A stretch of 62,459 bases of DNA from Girardia tigrina (lineage: Eukaryota): positions 1 to 62,459 of the forward strand of contig MQRK01249634.1 in the NCBI GenBank assembly GCA_001938485.1, given 5' to 3'. The notes under the pieces were generated by a model. It had not been told where the DNA came from, did not search any database, and worked only from the letters and a program-made list of their open reading frames with translations. The position numbers were made by a program, and so were the translations under genes. Shown one piece after another: positions 12,992-26,286 of the stretch. The number at the start of each line of letters is the position of its first letter. The stretch's first letter is position 1.

Positions 12992-13099
12992 AGTGAGCTA
13001 ATAAAAATAGTGGAAAAATATAAAAAACTAAGTAAAAGTATATAAAAGCTAAGTAAAAAATGAAATATGTTGTAAGTATTTAAAAAAAATAATATCTTT

Positions 13100-14760
13100 A
13101 TTTTACAATCAATGCCTTATTAGCTTTCGACGGTCTTCCAAGTTTTAGTTTTTCGCCAATTCTTTGCAACTGGAGGCGGTCTACATTTACCTATTCGAAT
13201 TGAAATACCAACAACATGTTTACAGATAAAGATTTTGATAAAAGCTGGCAGTCACAAACTCCTTCCTCTTTTTGAAATGTAATTTTCCAGACATGAAAGG
13301 CGCGTTTTTTTAATTGTTCGAATGTATTCTAACGAAGTAAAGTCTTCTCGTCAATATCGTTTTTGCCAGTTGCGTTGTTTGTCCAGATACTACAAAGTAA
13401 TCAATGATTGTATCTTGGTCATCTGATAACAACACTTTATCTGCCTTTGCCGATTGATAAGCTGCTATCCAAACACCCAATGTGATGCTCGGCAAAGTGA
13501 CGAAAACTTTGATTTCTCGTTCATAACTTTTTGACCATGTTGAAACCATTTCAAAAATGACGACCAATAAACGTGAGACTGAGAATCGCTTGTCTTTTAT
13601 GTATCTATTAAAAGACTCCAAAGCATTGTTTGTGCTAGGTGTAAGGTGAGTATAACCTTCAAACGACATGTTATTTTGTAGTAGCCATTCGTTGTAAAAA
13701 TACTTGACAAACTGAGGAAAATCTTTTTTTCAATTTTTTAAGAAAGAAAACAGAAGCATTTTAAAAGATTTCTAAAGACTGAAAAAGTTGTGACTTATCG
13801 ATATCATCTAAGATACTGTCACATTTATCAGTAGAGATAATCGATTCAACCTTTTGAGCACAAGCTCGACGCATATGAGCCCAGCACATAGCATTTTTTT
13901 CTTATTAAAAACCTTAATAAAAGCATTTTTAATTGCAGCTGATGCGTTGCTGACTAATATTTCTGGTTCAAAGGATGCATTATGAATATTAGATATGCCT
14001 TCAACAAGACTCTAAAAAATAAAAATAAAGTCAGAAGTCTTTTCATTCGAACATACTGCAAGACCATAAGAAGGAAGTGACGATCTAAGTATGTTGCTCC
14101 ACAAAGTAAAGCTGGAAAGCCATGCCAATTAAACTTATAAGAACCGTCGCATGAAGAAATTTTTGTAGTTATGAAAAATCTGAAAATATAACTTTCTACT
14201 TCTTCCTCTTCTTCATCACTTTCTTTATCGCTCAATTCATAATGTACATAATAACTTAATACGAAAGCCTCATCATCTGACTCTGGTACCATAGTTTTAT
14301 CCTTAAGTATTTCTTCCAACTCACTTAAACTTATTATAGCCGGTCCATATTTATTCTTAACTGCCTTATTGTTGGGACTGTATCTTTTTCTTCTATCTTC
14401 TCATGCAACTTTTCTAATATTCTCTTTGGCTTTGTTCTTAAACATAGGTCGTGAATATTTTTTACATCTTCTGTAATAATATTTCTAGCAGAATTTTCAT
14501 TGTGTGTATGCTCAGCCTTAGCTCTATATAAAATAACTTCTTCACTCGTAAAATCGTATAATAAATAAATACCTGCGTTACACGTCTTTCCTTTGAACTT
14601 ATATAAATTATACCTATAATACATTTTTTCACCTTCTGCGGGTTTATTCGTATAATGATAACTCCAAATCTTTTCTTGCTTAATTTTATTAAGTGCTTCG
14701 GCTCGTTTTTTTAAAACGACTATCTTCCTCCCAAACTCGTGAACTTTTTAACGTTCTTTT
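13100..14760 (-). pseudogene. MULE (Mutator-like) transposase with SWIM zinc finger, fragmented
   Basis: ORFs 14334-14624, 13954-14319 (DGSYKFNWHGFP) and 13310-13669 (TPSTNNALESFNRYIKD). MCWAHM at ~13880. C-terminal CDC..FICKHVVG and GRPSKA. Confidence 0.88.
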
Positions 14761-16140
14761 TTAACAGTATTATCTTTCTGAAAACTCGTTAATTTTTATA
14801 TTTAAAAAGGATTGACATTATTTTTATTAATTCTCCTGAATTGTTGTTTATTGGTTATTTGATCAATTGATCAATAATTGTTGCCAACAACTTATAAAAT
14901 ATACTGACTGTTTCAAGGAAATATTGAAGTTTTCATGTACTTTATTTTATAGATGACGTTTCAACCAATCTTTTTTTCCAAGAACACTGTGGTAGTATAC
15001 ATAACTGGTTATTTACGGGGGACCCTGTAATAAATTTTAAGTATTTTAATATTTTTTTAAAATTAATCAATATGGCCTTGTTTTTCTAAATTCCTTTTTC
15101 AAATACCCAAAATTCCTACTTATTTAAAATATTATTATTGCCAAAGTATATCTAATAATATTTGAAACTATAGTAAAGTGAGAGTTTTTACATTTTAAAA
15201 TGTTTTTATATAATGAACTTAATACAAATTCAATAAAACAGTTTAAATTTATCAGTGCACATGCAATATGAATTGCATTTTTTGTAAATGTTTTATACAA
15301 TCTTCAGAAAGGGAACTTTTAACGAAATCCGTAATATACATAAATGTTTATTGCAGATAAGTACACACAAGGAAACTATTTAAGTCTTTTATTTTTAAGA
15401 TTATCATCACAAAAATTTTGGCTATTTTTAGTCATTCAGATTTAAGCATATTGATCCATCCAGCCTGAGATAACATACATTTATGTGAGATTAAATTTTC
15501 AGTGAGATAGTTTCCCCTTAAATTTTACTTATAGAATGTTTTATCTTCTGTTGGTTTCAGTTTTCGTTAATTCAAAAAATCTGATTTGATTTACAGAAAC
15601 TTTATCAAATTATCATCCATAAATAGCTTAATTAATTTTAAATATATAAAATAAAACTAGATAACATCTTTGCCGCAATAGTATCCAATATTAAGAAAAC
15701 ATCACATCAATCATTTGGAATAATATTTGATTATGTTGGGAATTAATCATAATTTGTGTCTTTGTACCCAATAAACACAGTTAAATTTGTTTTTTTATAT
15801 TTTAATAAATTTAGCAGTATTTCAAGAAATTACTTTTAAAAATTATTTTATTTTGATTCATATTAATGATTTATGAATAAAGTAAGCAATTTCATTGGAT
15901 CGGATGTATCTAATTTTCAACTTAATAAACATTAAAAAATATTCTCAAATAACAGCTTCATAATTACAATGAAAAGTCTGGACAAGACAATTATTTAATT
16001 ACTTGAAAAGATAAGCAAGAAATTGTAAGCAGCCTTGTTTAGCATGTGCTTGAAATATTAAATAAAACATCACTTACTAATATAGTTATAGATTAATAAG
16101 ATTCACTTATTTATGTAAATAAAATGATTAATTTCCTTAA

Positions 16141-16373
16141 CCCTACAATGTGCAATTTTTTTTAATTATCATAAAAACTGAATTAATTATTACAAACTGA
16201 ACTGTCATTTTTGTTGTCAAAATATATTGCATCTATGACTTTATGGGCAGTTATCATTCCATAGACAATGTTTTTGGTTCACAGTATGTAAACACTCAAA
16301 GAATATCACGTGATTAAAAGATATTGAGGTAAAATATGGTTCATTCAAATATGAATCACGGCGCATTGTAGGG
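16141..16373. mobile_element. piggyBac-type MITE
   Basis: TTAA|ccctacaatgtgc ... gcgcattgtaggg|TTAA (13-bp TIR, one mismatch). Confidence 0.85.
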
Positions 16374-17229
16374 TTAAATTCATGACCTCTTTTTTGAAAG
16401 TAATTTTGACAATGTATTAAAAATATTACGATAAGATTTATTTTAATCACAAAAATTGTTATTCATACTTTCGGAATTATTCGTCATTCTTGGTTAATAT
16501 TGACATAGATGAATTCACTGACAAAATTATCCCAGAACTTATAGAACTCAAATGGTTAATAATTTTGTATTTTGTGATTGAGAAAGTAAATGAAAAACCT
16601 CAATTGTTGTTTTAATACTAGAACGTTAGAGCGCAATTTGAGAATTATTGTAACTCTTGCTAGTGTCAATAGATTATAGTGTTATAACAAATGCTTTACA
16701 TCCGATTATTCAAACAACTAATTGTAAATTACATAAATTATTTTTTTTAATTATTAAGCCTTTGACTTAAATTCAAAGGTTCAATTAATTAATTATTTTT
16801 GAATTTTATTAGAATTTATTCCATTAAAATTAGCACTTAATTTTTAGAATATCAAAGGTAAAAAATGTATCAATAACTATATAATCATGGTTATGAAAAG
16901 CACTACTTAAAATATACCAAATATACTGTAATAAAAGCAAAACGCAAGGTTTATTTCAAATTATAAAACTACACCAAACTTTGACGATCCACCGATTTAA
17001 ACAAATGAATATTTATTTTCCTCTTTCACAGTATACTTGACGCAAACATCTATCAACGGTAGGTTTATGTACCTCGAGATGAAATTCTCCTTGTATTCTA
17101 CTAGCAATACTTTTAGAGTCAAAGTGCAATCATCATCTACCCAGGTGAACATCTGCTATTTTTGCTCCAAGCCAAGCTTAGAGCGTCTGTCACCACCACA
17201 CTTCATGTTAATAAAGTTTTTTCTGGAAT

Positions 17230-20200
17230 GCTGCGTTCAGTTTAAATTCAATTTTTGGTACAGGACTTCCCAATCAGTCTTTAATTTTTCTCGCAGTGAC
17301 GCATTTAAATATTCTCTAATAGTCCGGAATTGTCTCTCTACTATTCAATTTGATTTGTGATGGTATGTGCTCGAGTAACACATTTTTATATTCATTGATG
17401 CTGCCATATCTTTTATTATTTTGATTCGAATGTCTTACCACAATCGTTATGTATTTCCTTCAGTGCTCCAAATCTCAAGATCCATTTTTGTCATTATAGT
17501 ATCTTTTATAGTTATTTCATCCTGCTTGCTAATGACTGTCAAAGATATGTACCTTTTAAACTGATCTATGATTGCAACAATATACTTTTTCTTTCTCCAA
17601 GTCTCCTTTGGTGGTTCGCATATGTCTATGCACACTTTCTGAGATGGTTCTTCTTTGACCAGTTTTAACCGTTCTTCGTTTGTAGCGATCGTTAATGTTT
17701 TAATTTTTTGTCATGCTTCACACTGTCCAATTAATTCTTTTATTATTTCATTCCGATTGATCATGTCATACTTTTCTGAGATGTATTTCGTTACTTTCTC
17801 TGTGCCGGCGTGCAACAATAGCGTATGCATTTGTATGATCATTTCTTCTCTTTTTGACTTCGGTATCAAATCTTCCCAATGTAAGTTCTTATTATGCCGT
17901 CTTCAATCGTAAATTTTCTGTCTTTACCTGAATTTGGGTATCTTGTAATTTCTTCTATTTCTTCCTGGTGATGTTTGAAAATCTCCGATGTGTCCAGCGT
18001 GTTGATTCTTCGAGTCTTTATCTTCACTATTTTAGCATCTTCATGAGCCATCAAGCATTTCGTACATGTATCACATGTATCCGCGTTGGAATGATCTATT
18101 CATTTTCTGTATTCTAGGCGTATGTCCAGGCTTGATAAATAATTTATCCACGTCTGAAATTGGGCCGTAATCGTTTTTTTTTGTTTTAACCATAAACGTA
18201 ATTGCCTTATGATCGTTCTCAAAGTGAATCGCTTCCAGTACGAATAATGATTAAAATGTTGACAGAAGTAATACATTGCCAACAACTCTTTCCGAGTAAT
18301 GCAGTATCCTTTTTCATGATTATTCTTGGAGTGTGAACCATATGCAATAACTCTCTCACGTCCGTATTTGTCTCTTTGGGATAACACTGTTCCAATCGTG
18401 TCGAAACTAGCATCAGTGTCCAGGATAAATTCTTTCTGGAAGTCTTGGAATCCTAGAATTGGTGATGTTGTTAAAGCCTCTTTCATCTCTGCAAATGTTA
18501 TATCATATGCCTCTGTCCATAACAATCCACACAGTTATTCCAGTGTTTTGGCCTTTGTTGCTTTGTCCTTAATAAACCTTCTGTAATAATTGCAAATTCC
18601 GAGAAAACTTCTTAGATTCTTTACACATTTAGGCTTTTGAAATCTCTTTATGGCTTCTAATTTAGATAGATCCGTCTGTATACCTTTATCATTAATCATA
18701 TGTCCCAAATATTTCACTTCCGTTTTTAGGATATGACACTTCTCCGGATTAATTCTTAAACTTGCTTTCCAAATTTGGTCTAATACTTTATCTAGAATTT
18801 CGTAGTGCTGTTCCAACGGTTTTGAAAATATAAGAATGTCATCTAAAATAGACCACTGTATATTCTATGCCTCCGAGCACCTTTGTCATGAGTCCAGAAA
18901 CGTTCCCGGTGCCGCTGCTATGCCAAACAGCATTCTGTTAAAAAATTGTCCTAGCTTTGTTGAAAATACCGTTTTTAGCTTTGAATCTTCCTCTAGTTCG
19001 ACCTGGTATTATGCATTACCTAAATCGATTGATGTGAAATGTCTGGTTACATACAATCTGTATATCATTTCTATCATATTTGGAATAGGAAATGCCTGTC
19101 TCTCCGCGACTAAATTTAGCTGTCTACAATCCAAGCAAATTCTAACATCATTCTTTTCTTTCTTCCATACACAAGTCATCGGTGTATTCCATGGTGAATT
19201 ACATTTCTTAATAATGTTGTTTTCCCACAAATTCTTAATAATCTTATCAATCTTTTCTTCCAGATTAATTGGTTGTCTATGTGGTCTAAGGTTGATTGGA
19301 GGTCCTTTCGTGTCTATTCTATGTTTAATCATCGTCGTTACATCCGATATCCCATTTATCAGCCATAAAAACTTCTTGATGTTTTTTAACAATAACAACA
19401 ATCTTTGGTTTATCTACTATTTTCATAATTTCCTTGGTTCTTTTGAATCTTTCCTCTTTTGTAACTTTACGTCCAAATTTGGCCTCTAATTTGCATACTT
19501 GATAAAATTGTTTATTCACACCATTTTCTTTCTTTTTCTAATGTAACTCTATTCCGAAAGCCATCTGCAATTCTATTCCTCCTATTATGTCTGGTTTTAC
19601 GCCGTTTACTATTATGAAAGTTATATTTCTCCGTTTCTCTTTAATTTCTATGTCCACCGAAATTTTACAAATACAATCTAGTTGATTACTGTTCGCACAG
19701 TTTAGTTTAATATCTGCTTTTTTAATCTTACATTCGTTAGTTTCTCAAAAATCTTTCTGTGGATTACATTTACTCTTGCACCTGTGTTTAATATACAATC
19801 CTCCACGTTACCTTGTATAATTAACTTTACACACGGCCGGCCCTGCATTCTATCATACGATATATTTTCTGCTTTCCATTCATCTATTGACAAAATCCTG
19901 ACATTTTCTTTTGTGTTCTTTTCTTCAATGGTTCCCACTAACCTTCGTCCAAGCTTGTCCTCAAAAGTTTCTTTCTTTATAAATTTCCGAACTTTATCAT
20001 TTACTCTTGCTTCGCTTATCTCAACATTCCTTTCATCGTCTATCACTACATCTATAATATTTGATATATTACTTCTACTATAAATACCAATACTTTGGGA
20101 GTCACTGTTATCTTTTAATTTATTGCCCCGACTGGGGGTGTTGCCTTTTAGGTTTTCACTTCCTGTCCCCGATTCTTCATATTCTTCTACAATGTTAGCT

Positions 20201-20512
20201 TAGAATTTTCGATTATTTCCTCGTCTTTTGTCTTTTCTATCCCTATATCTTCGTTGATTGTATCTTGATCCTTGATAGTTATTGTCATCTGTATTTTGCT
20301 GTCTTATTCTCCCATTTAGGTTTGTATAACATTCACTTTCTCCGTGACCTCTATTTTGACATCTTTTGCATTCGATGTTTGGACAGTTTCTTCTTACGTG
20401 TCCCTGTTGTCCACAACCATAAAATTTTATTGGTCTCCTTTCAGAACAGTTACTTATCATGTATCCTTCTTTTCCACATCCGAAACACATAATTGGTTCT
20501 CTTTGTCTAGAC
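17230..20512 (-). mobile_element. Decayed Ty3/Gypsy copy, sister of the 50590-56381 element (gag C-terminus to integrase)
   Basis: Collinear and highly similar to 51250-54560: CCHC knuckles, CILNTGARVNVI protease, RT, RNaseH DTDASF, integrase. Truncated at a (TA)n tract at 20513. Confidence 0.93.
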
Positions 20513-20539
20513 GTTATATATATATATATATATAATCAT

Positions 20540-20960
20540 TGACAGATTCAGTAGATATATTAGTTTGACGGACGTAAATAATTAGGATGAAGCCATGTTG
20601 ATAAAAAGCTCTCAACACAAGTGGATATATGAATTCGGAGCTCCAGCAAATATCCACGTTGACAGAGGAAAAGTTTTTAGTCGCAGAATTTTGGAGAATA
20701 CGCGAAATCAATGCTGATGAAAATCCATTTTTCAAGTCCATATCATCATAGCGCGAACGGGATAATAGAACGACAGTTTCGGATCATCCGAGATGCTCTT
20801 AATGCTACATTGAAGGAAATAGGAGCTTCAAACTGGGTTGAAATTCCCCCGGAACTAGAGTTCAGTTTGAACGCTTGCAGGCAAAGTACTATAGGAGTTA
20901 GTCCAACAGAAGTGATGTTGAGGAAGCGTATAACATTAGATGGTTCTCGCCACTATGAGC
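20540..20960 (+). pseudogene. Gypsy integrase core fragment
   Basis: FSSPYHHSANGIIERQFR motif in ORF 20711-20995. Confidence 0.8.
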
Positions 20961-21524
20961 TGGATAATAAAAAGGATAATAATAAAAGATATTAAACAAA
21001 AGAACTATCTTAAAACAAACTCGTTTGAAGTATTGCAAAGAAATTTTGAATCTCGTATCGGGAGTAGCCATCCAAAAATTTGAAAATTTACTAATTTTTT
21101 GCCAAGAGGGTTTTAGTTCGAACATAAATGCATTATTACCATTTTGGGTATTGAAATATCTTATATTAACAACTTTAATTTTTCTTAAAATTAGCCCTAA
21201 TACTCTTATGGTCGAAACTCAATGTCCAAAAATTAATTTAATAAATAATTTAATAAATAATAAATGTTTAAAGTCAACTGTTCTATTTATACAGTCAGAG
21301 AGAAATAAAAATAATATATGCAGCTATAAATAAATTAAAATAAATTGCGAAAATAAATCTCTTCGGAATAAAAACCAATCAAATATATCAACATTCAATT
21401 AAAAGCTAAATAATCTAATTATATTGTAATCTAATTTTTAAATGAATGAATATTATTAAAAGAATTATACTACTTTAAGCTTAATTTGAAAAATTTTTCT
21501 TTAAAAGTATTCATTTTTAAAATT

Positions 21525-21536
<12 letters not shown>

Positions 21537-21594
<58 letters not shown>
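21537..21594. repeat. Head-to-head (AAT)n/(ATT)n palindrome
   Basis: An (AAT) run switches to (ATT) at 21565/21566, forming a perfect inverted repeat. Confidence 0.85.
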
Positions 21595-21597
<3 letters not shown>

Positions 21598-21758
21598 ATA
21601 ATATCAATATTTATCGCAGGTAACATAACAAAATGCGTGTCTACGCAGATCATATACTTATGATTATAACGTTAAAATTTTAGATTTTTAAAATAAAAGT
21701 TCAGTTAATTATTTTGCAAATCTTAAAAAAAATTATTTTATGTTTTTACTTATATTAG

Positions 21759-22105
21759 GAATAGTACACCTGCAAATGAATTTGTTCCTGTTTCTGGGTC
21801 TTTGTTCAATAATTTGGTCTCCTCTAATGTCGATAATTCATGTAGTACACAATACATAGATGTACCTTCTTTTCATTTGCCTCATTCTGCACAATTTAGA
21901 GCAGGTTGTCATTCGGATAGTCGTTGCTATAGTAACTTTCGTTCTGTAATCGGATCTAAGCGTCCTCGAACCCAAACATCACTTTCTGAATTTATAGATA
22001 TTCAAACACTAACTAGAGTTTCTCAGGATTCTTTGGCTGTTCGAAGTTTACATTCTAGAAGTGGACATGGTTCAAGCATAGGATCAATTGGTCATTTATC
22101 AGCTG
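21759..22105 (+). CDS. gli: Gli/Ci transcription factor, N-terminal repressor-region exon (5' exon(s) not identified)
   Basis: AG acceptor 21757-58, GT donor 22106. Encodes KRPRTQTSLSEFIDIQTLTRVSQDSL and GSIGHLSA, matching the Gli KRALS..DL..MIR.SP.SL and SYGHLS blocks. Confidence 0.85.
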
Positions 22106-22137
22106 GTTAATTTATTTAAATGTATTTTAAAATTTAG

Positions 22138-22394
22138 AAAGTTATTTAGCTTCAATGGGTAGTCCATCTGGAAACAACCAATATGCTTTTCCTCAATCTG
22201 AAGCTAAACAATTACGTTCTGAAAAATCTTACGAAAACTCAGATAATTTCCAAATCATGGATATTCAAAAATCGGCAACTAGTACCTATAAACTTTACTT
22301 AAAGCCACAAGAAGGGGATCCAGATTTTTCTGAAACTAATTGTCATTGGAGTGATTGTGTCAAAGTATTTGATACACAAGCTGAATTAGTTAAG
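22138..22394 (+). CDS. gli: Gli exon, start of zinc finger 1
   Basis: Follows a 32-nt GT-AG intron that keeps frame. Encodes ETNCHWSDCVKVFDTQAELVK. Confidence 0.9.
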
Positions 22395-22441
22395 GTTGAT
22401 TTTATAAATGAATGCTTAAATTATATAAAATATTAACAAAG

Positions 22442-22594
22442 CATATTTCAACAATGCATATTAGTGGCAATGGAAAGCAAACATTTGTATGTCAGTGGAA
22501 AGATTGTGTTCGATCTGGAAGACCTTTCAAAGCTCAGTATATGTTGGTCGTACATATGAGAAGACATACTGGGGAAAAACCTCATCAGTGCACT
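22442..22594 (+). CDS. gli: Gli exon, end of finger 1 and finger 2
   Basis: After a 47-nt GT-AG intron: HISTMHI...[37 protein letters not shown], the Gli-diagnostic finger 2. Confidence 0.96.
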
Positions 22595-23836
22595 GTATGT
22601 TTTTAATATTTCAATTGGTTTAATTTTTAATTAATTATTAATATTATTGTTAACATTATTATTTTATGATTTAAAACAAGAGATTTGCACATATTATGTA
22701 GTCGTTTAATAGTCGTTTAGTTGAGATCTTTTGCCATTAATTATTTAATATTTTAGTTATAAATTATAAAATCATTATGCATATTATATGTCTTGCTTCT
22801 TTTTGCATTTCTTCACAAAGGATACAAATTTCTTGTGATAAAAGTGTTTCAATAACGAATTCAAAAAAATTAATTAAAATCTTTTTTAACCCAAAATAAT
22901 TGACAATGAATCAAATCATGAGCTTATTTTCAATTATTTAAACAATTATTCATCATGCAATTCACAAAAAGCCTAGTGACTGATCCTTTTATGGTGATTT
23001 TTATCAAGTTATTTAGTTTTTGATGTAATCGAGTTAGTTTCAGGGTTAGCGATTACTCTTCTCAATTGTAACTAACTGGTTGTCTTCTTCAAAGTAGTAA
23101 GTTGATCTGCTCTGTTAGTTAATTCATTTAGATGGTATGTGTGAGAATAATTTATACTATATCAATATTTATTAACCAAAATACCAATATCAAACTATGT
23201 AAATCATCTTTGAACGTATATAACTACTAAGATTAATTAAAATATAAGAATTTTACGATAAGATTAAAATAAGATAATATAAATGTGGTCCGAATTGCTG
23301 CAAGGGGTAGCCGTGCTCAGGGCCACTTAACTGGGAGGGGACCCGACCACTCCGGATTTGGGTGGGACTGCGCGTCCCCGTCGTAATTAACCTGAACTGA
23401 GCTTGTGTCAGTGATTTTCGATTTCTGGTACTCATTATCACCATATAAGGTTGAGAACGACCGGTCTTCTGGACAACCTGGATATCAGACTGAACAAATC
23501 ATCTTAAAAAATAAAAATTTACATTTCATTTAAAATCCATTTAACATTTTTAAACCACTTTTATGATAAACTTTAATTGCATTACATATTTCATTAAGAT
23601 TTTTAAAGACAAATAAAGACTTCATTTCAGTTTGAAAATAATTTTAAAATTTACTGTATTTAGAAACATAGGCCATCTTAGGTTTTATTTTTTCTGTTCC
23701 TCTTTTTATTATTTTTTAGATTTCCTATTACATAACTTAATTGTTGAAACTGTTATTGGTAACTGTTAATTAAAATAATTTTTATAAATATATATAATAA
23801 ATGTATATAATTTTAACAATATAATTTTACTTTTAG

Positions 23837-24094
23837 TTTTCAAATTGCAACAAAAGATACTCAAGACTTGAAAATCTTAAAACTCATATTAGATCTCATA
23901 CAGGAGAAAAGCCCTATGAATGTGAATTTCCAGGTTGTCACAAAGCTTTTAGTAATGCATCTGACCGAGCTAAACATCAAAATAGAACTCATAGCAATAC
24001 AAAACCATATGTCTGTAAAGTTGAAGGATGTGCTAAAAGGTATACTGATCCTAGTTCGTTGAGAAAACATGTGAAAACTAATCATGGACCACAG
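23837..24094 (+). CDS. gli: Gli exon, zinc fingers 3-5 (missed by the ORF track)
   Basis: ttttag|[86 protein letters not shown]|gtaatg. Confidence 0.97.
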
Positions 24095-24279
24095 GTAATG
24101 TATTAAACAATTTTATTTAACATTTTACTTTTGATGTGAATTAAATTTCTTTTATCAAGTCATAATTATATTTGTCCATTAGAAACAAGTAAGAACAAGT
24201 TGTGAAAATTCCACGCTTCTTAATTAATTAAATAGTAAGATATAAGCAAATATATACATTATACATAATATAAAATACA

Positions 24280-24339
<60 letters not shown>

Positions 24340-24677
24340 CTAGTCTGGTAAACGATAGATTGTTATTTATTCGAATAAATATTTGAAAAAAGGTCTTTTA
24401 ATTATTTTTAATATAGAACATTTTTCGATCATCTTTGATCATCATCAACTATTAATTAGTGTTTGATTGTGCTTCATTTAATTAGTTAAATGTTAACAAA
24501 AATAAAATTAATATTTGGATTGATTTGATTGGAAAAAAATTTAATTAATTAAAAATATTTAATATCATCGGTGTTCCACCCGAACCTCAGGTTGCCCCGA
24601 GAATCGGACGGAAGCAGCAGGGTTACGCAGTGGATTTTTCTCGCTCGAGTGCTAGGCCCGTATTGTGTTTAGTTCAT

Positions 24678-25036
24678 TTAATTTCGGCACGAGAACGATG
24701 ACGCATTGATCGATGATTGAAACAGCGGTTGATTAACATCGAGGCGATCTTGTCTATAGAATAACCCTTGTTCCTCCACCGGGATTTCTTTCACTGATTG
24801 AATCTTATGTCTCAATGAATCCAGTAACTGAGTTCTCTCAAACGATATTTTAAATGATTCATTTTTTTCACGCAAATTATCACATTGAATTTATTCAGAT
24901 GTATCGAGCAGAGAATTTCGCATCCGTCACTGACTCCACAATCGATCAGTTTCTCGTCTTCCATATCCAAAACATTATTTTTAAATAATAATCTCTGTTC
25001 AGACGGAGAGAATCCGCAAATATTTTTGAATTTCGA
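24678..25036 (-). pseudogene. Intronless tandem ubiquitin-like domain fragment, frameshifted
   Basis: Domain 1 reads ICGFSPSEQRLLFKNNVLDMEDEKLIDCGVSDGCEILC; domain 2 reads FKISFERTQLLDSLRHKIQSVKEIPVEEQGLFYRQDRLDVNQPL. Both align by eye to ubiquitin [33 protein letters not shown]. Confidence 0.75.
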
Positions 25037-25094
25037 TTAGTAATAAGTATAATAATAACATTGTTATAAGTAGTATTATTATAAGTAGTAAATC

Positions 25095-25540
25095 TAAAAC
25101 ACAATTGGGTATGAAAGCAAATTTAGTTTACCAATATAAATGTCACAAGTGTGAATCCTTGTACATTGGAGAGACAAATCGTTACCTCCGTACTAGAATT
25201 GCAGAACATATCAAGTAGAAAAAGCTCAATTTTGGACCACATAGTGAAATGTCATGGAACTCAAAGGAGGGTATTTGATAATGATTTTCGGGTTTTGATT
25301 AGTATCTTTGATCACAATTATGAAAGGACAATTACTGAAGCACTCTTGATAAAGTTTTGTACACCTAGTCTAAATGTGCAAAGTGATTCGTCCAATCATA
25401 TTAGAGTATTTTGACTTAACATACTGTGACGTATTGGTCATCTTTCTATATAAACAATAACTTTCTAATTAAATACAGAACTGAAGATGCCACAAAAGTG
25501 GCGAAACATGTTTTCCAATAAAAATTTAAAATTAAAATGG
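25095..25540 (+). mobile_element. 5'-truncated Penelope-like element (GIY-YIG endonuclease plus 3' region)
   Basis: NLVYQYKCHKCESLYIGETNRYLRTRIAEH...SSILDHIVKC...EALLIKFCTPSLNVQ, followed by a hammerhead motif and AATAAA. Confidence 0.9.
25478..25515 (+). ncRNA. Minimal type I hammerhead ribozyme (Penelope-associated)
   Basis: GAA-CUGAAGA-U-GCCAC-AAAA-GUGGC-GAAA-CAUGUU-UUC: conserved core, 5-bp stem II, palindromic stem III (AACAUGUU), short stem I. Confidence 0.8.
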
Positions 25541-25591
25541 TNNNNNNNNNNNNNNNNNNNNNNNNNNNNNNNNNNNNNNNNNNNNNNNNNN

Positions 25592-25631
<40 letters not shown>

Positions 25632-25659
25632 ACAATATAATAATAATAATAATAACAAT

Positions 25660-26027
25660 TGAATCCCGAACAATCCCTATTAAGAACATTAAGGCAATTC
25701 TCATTTGAATTTGTATTACTATCACAATTAGAGTTATTACTACTCTCAGAAGATCTTTCATCTTTTGAAATCGTTCTAATTGGTTTTGTTATTCCTATTT
25801 TTAATCATTATTATTCGAACAATTTTTCTAAATCTTTTTAAAATATTTAATTTCTAAAAATATTAATTAAAATAATAATTTTAACCATTTCTTAATAAAA
25901 CACAAAATAATAAAAATGTTGTAAAATTATTAAAAATTAATTTCATTTAAATTTCAATATATATATATATATATATANNNNNNNNNNNNNNNNNNNNNNN
26001 NNNNNNNNNNNNNNNNNNNNNNNNNNN

Positions 26028-26073
<46 letters not shown>

Positions 26074-26286
26074 TGATTTTCTTTTCTTAAAAATATATTA
26101 AACTTAATTTTAATTGTTAATTTCAAAAATATAAACTTATAGTCAAAACGAATAGTCAATCACTTTAAATAAAAAATACCAACTTATATCTGGGTAAGAG
26201 AATCATCATTCTAAGTTCAACATACTCAAATCAACATACAGCATCAATACATTTACACATTCAAACAATTTTAATTATTCTTCACA
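25660..26286 (-). mobile_element. 5' part (LTR, TGGTAT PBS-like motif, leader, gag start) of a Gypsy family; second copy at 41600-42428
   Basis: Collinear with 41885-42428. Both begin TGTGA on the - strand and carry TGGTAT about 100 bp in. Confidence 0.7.

Noticed and set aside
18836-19489. Long + strand ORFs over the Gypsy copies (also 53039-53401, 53808-54272, 54393-54863)
   Set aside because: Antisense shadows of gag/pol with no independent motifs.
23340-23370. Possible autoregulatory Gli-binding sites (GACCACTCC, TGGGTGGGA)
   Set aside because: Neither matches the GACCACCCA consensus closely enough to exceed chance.
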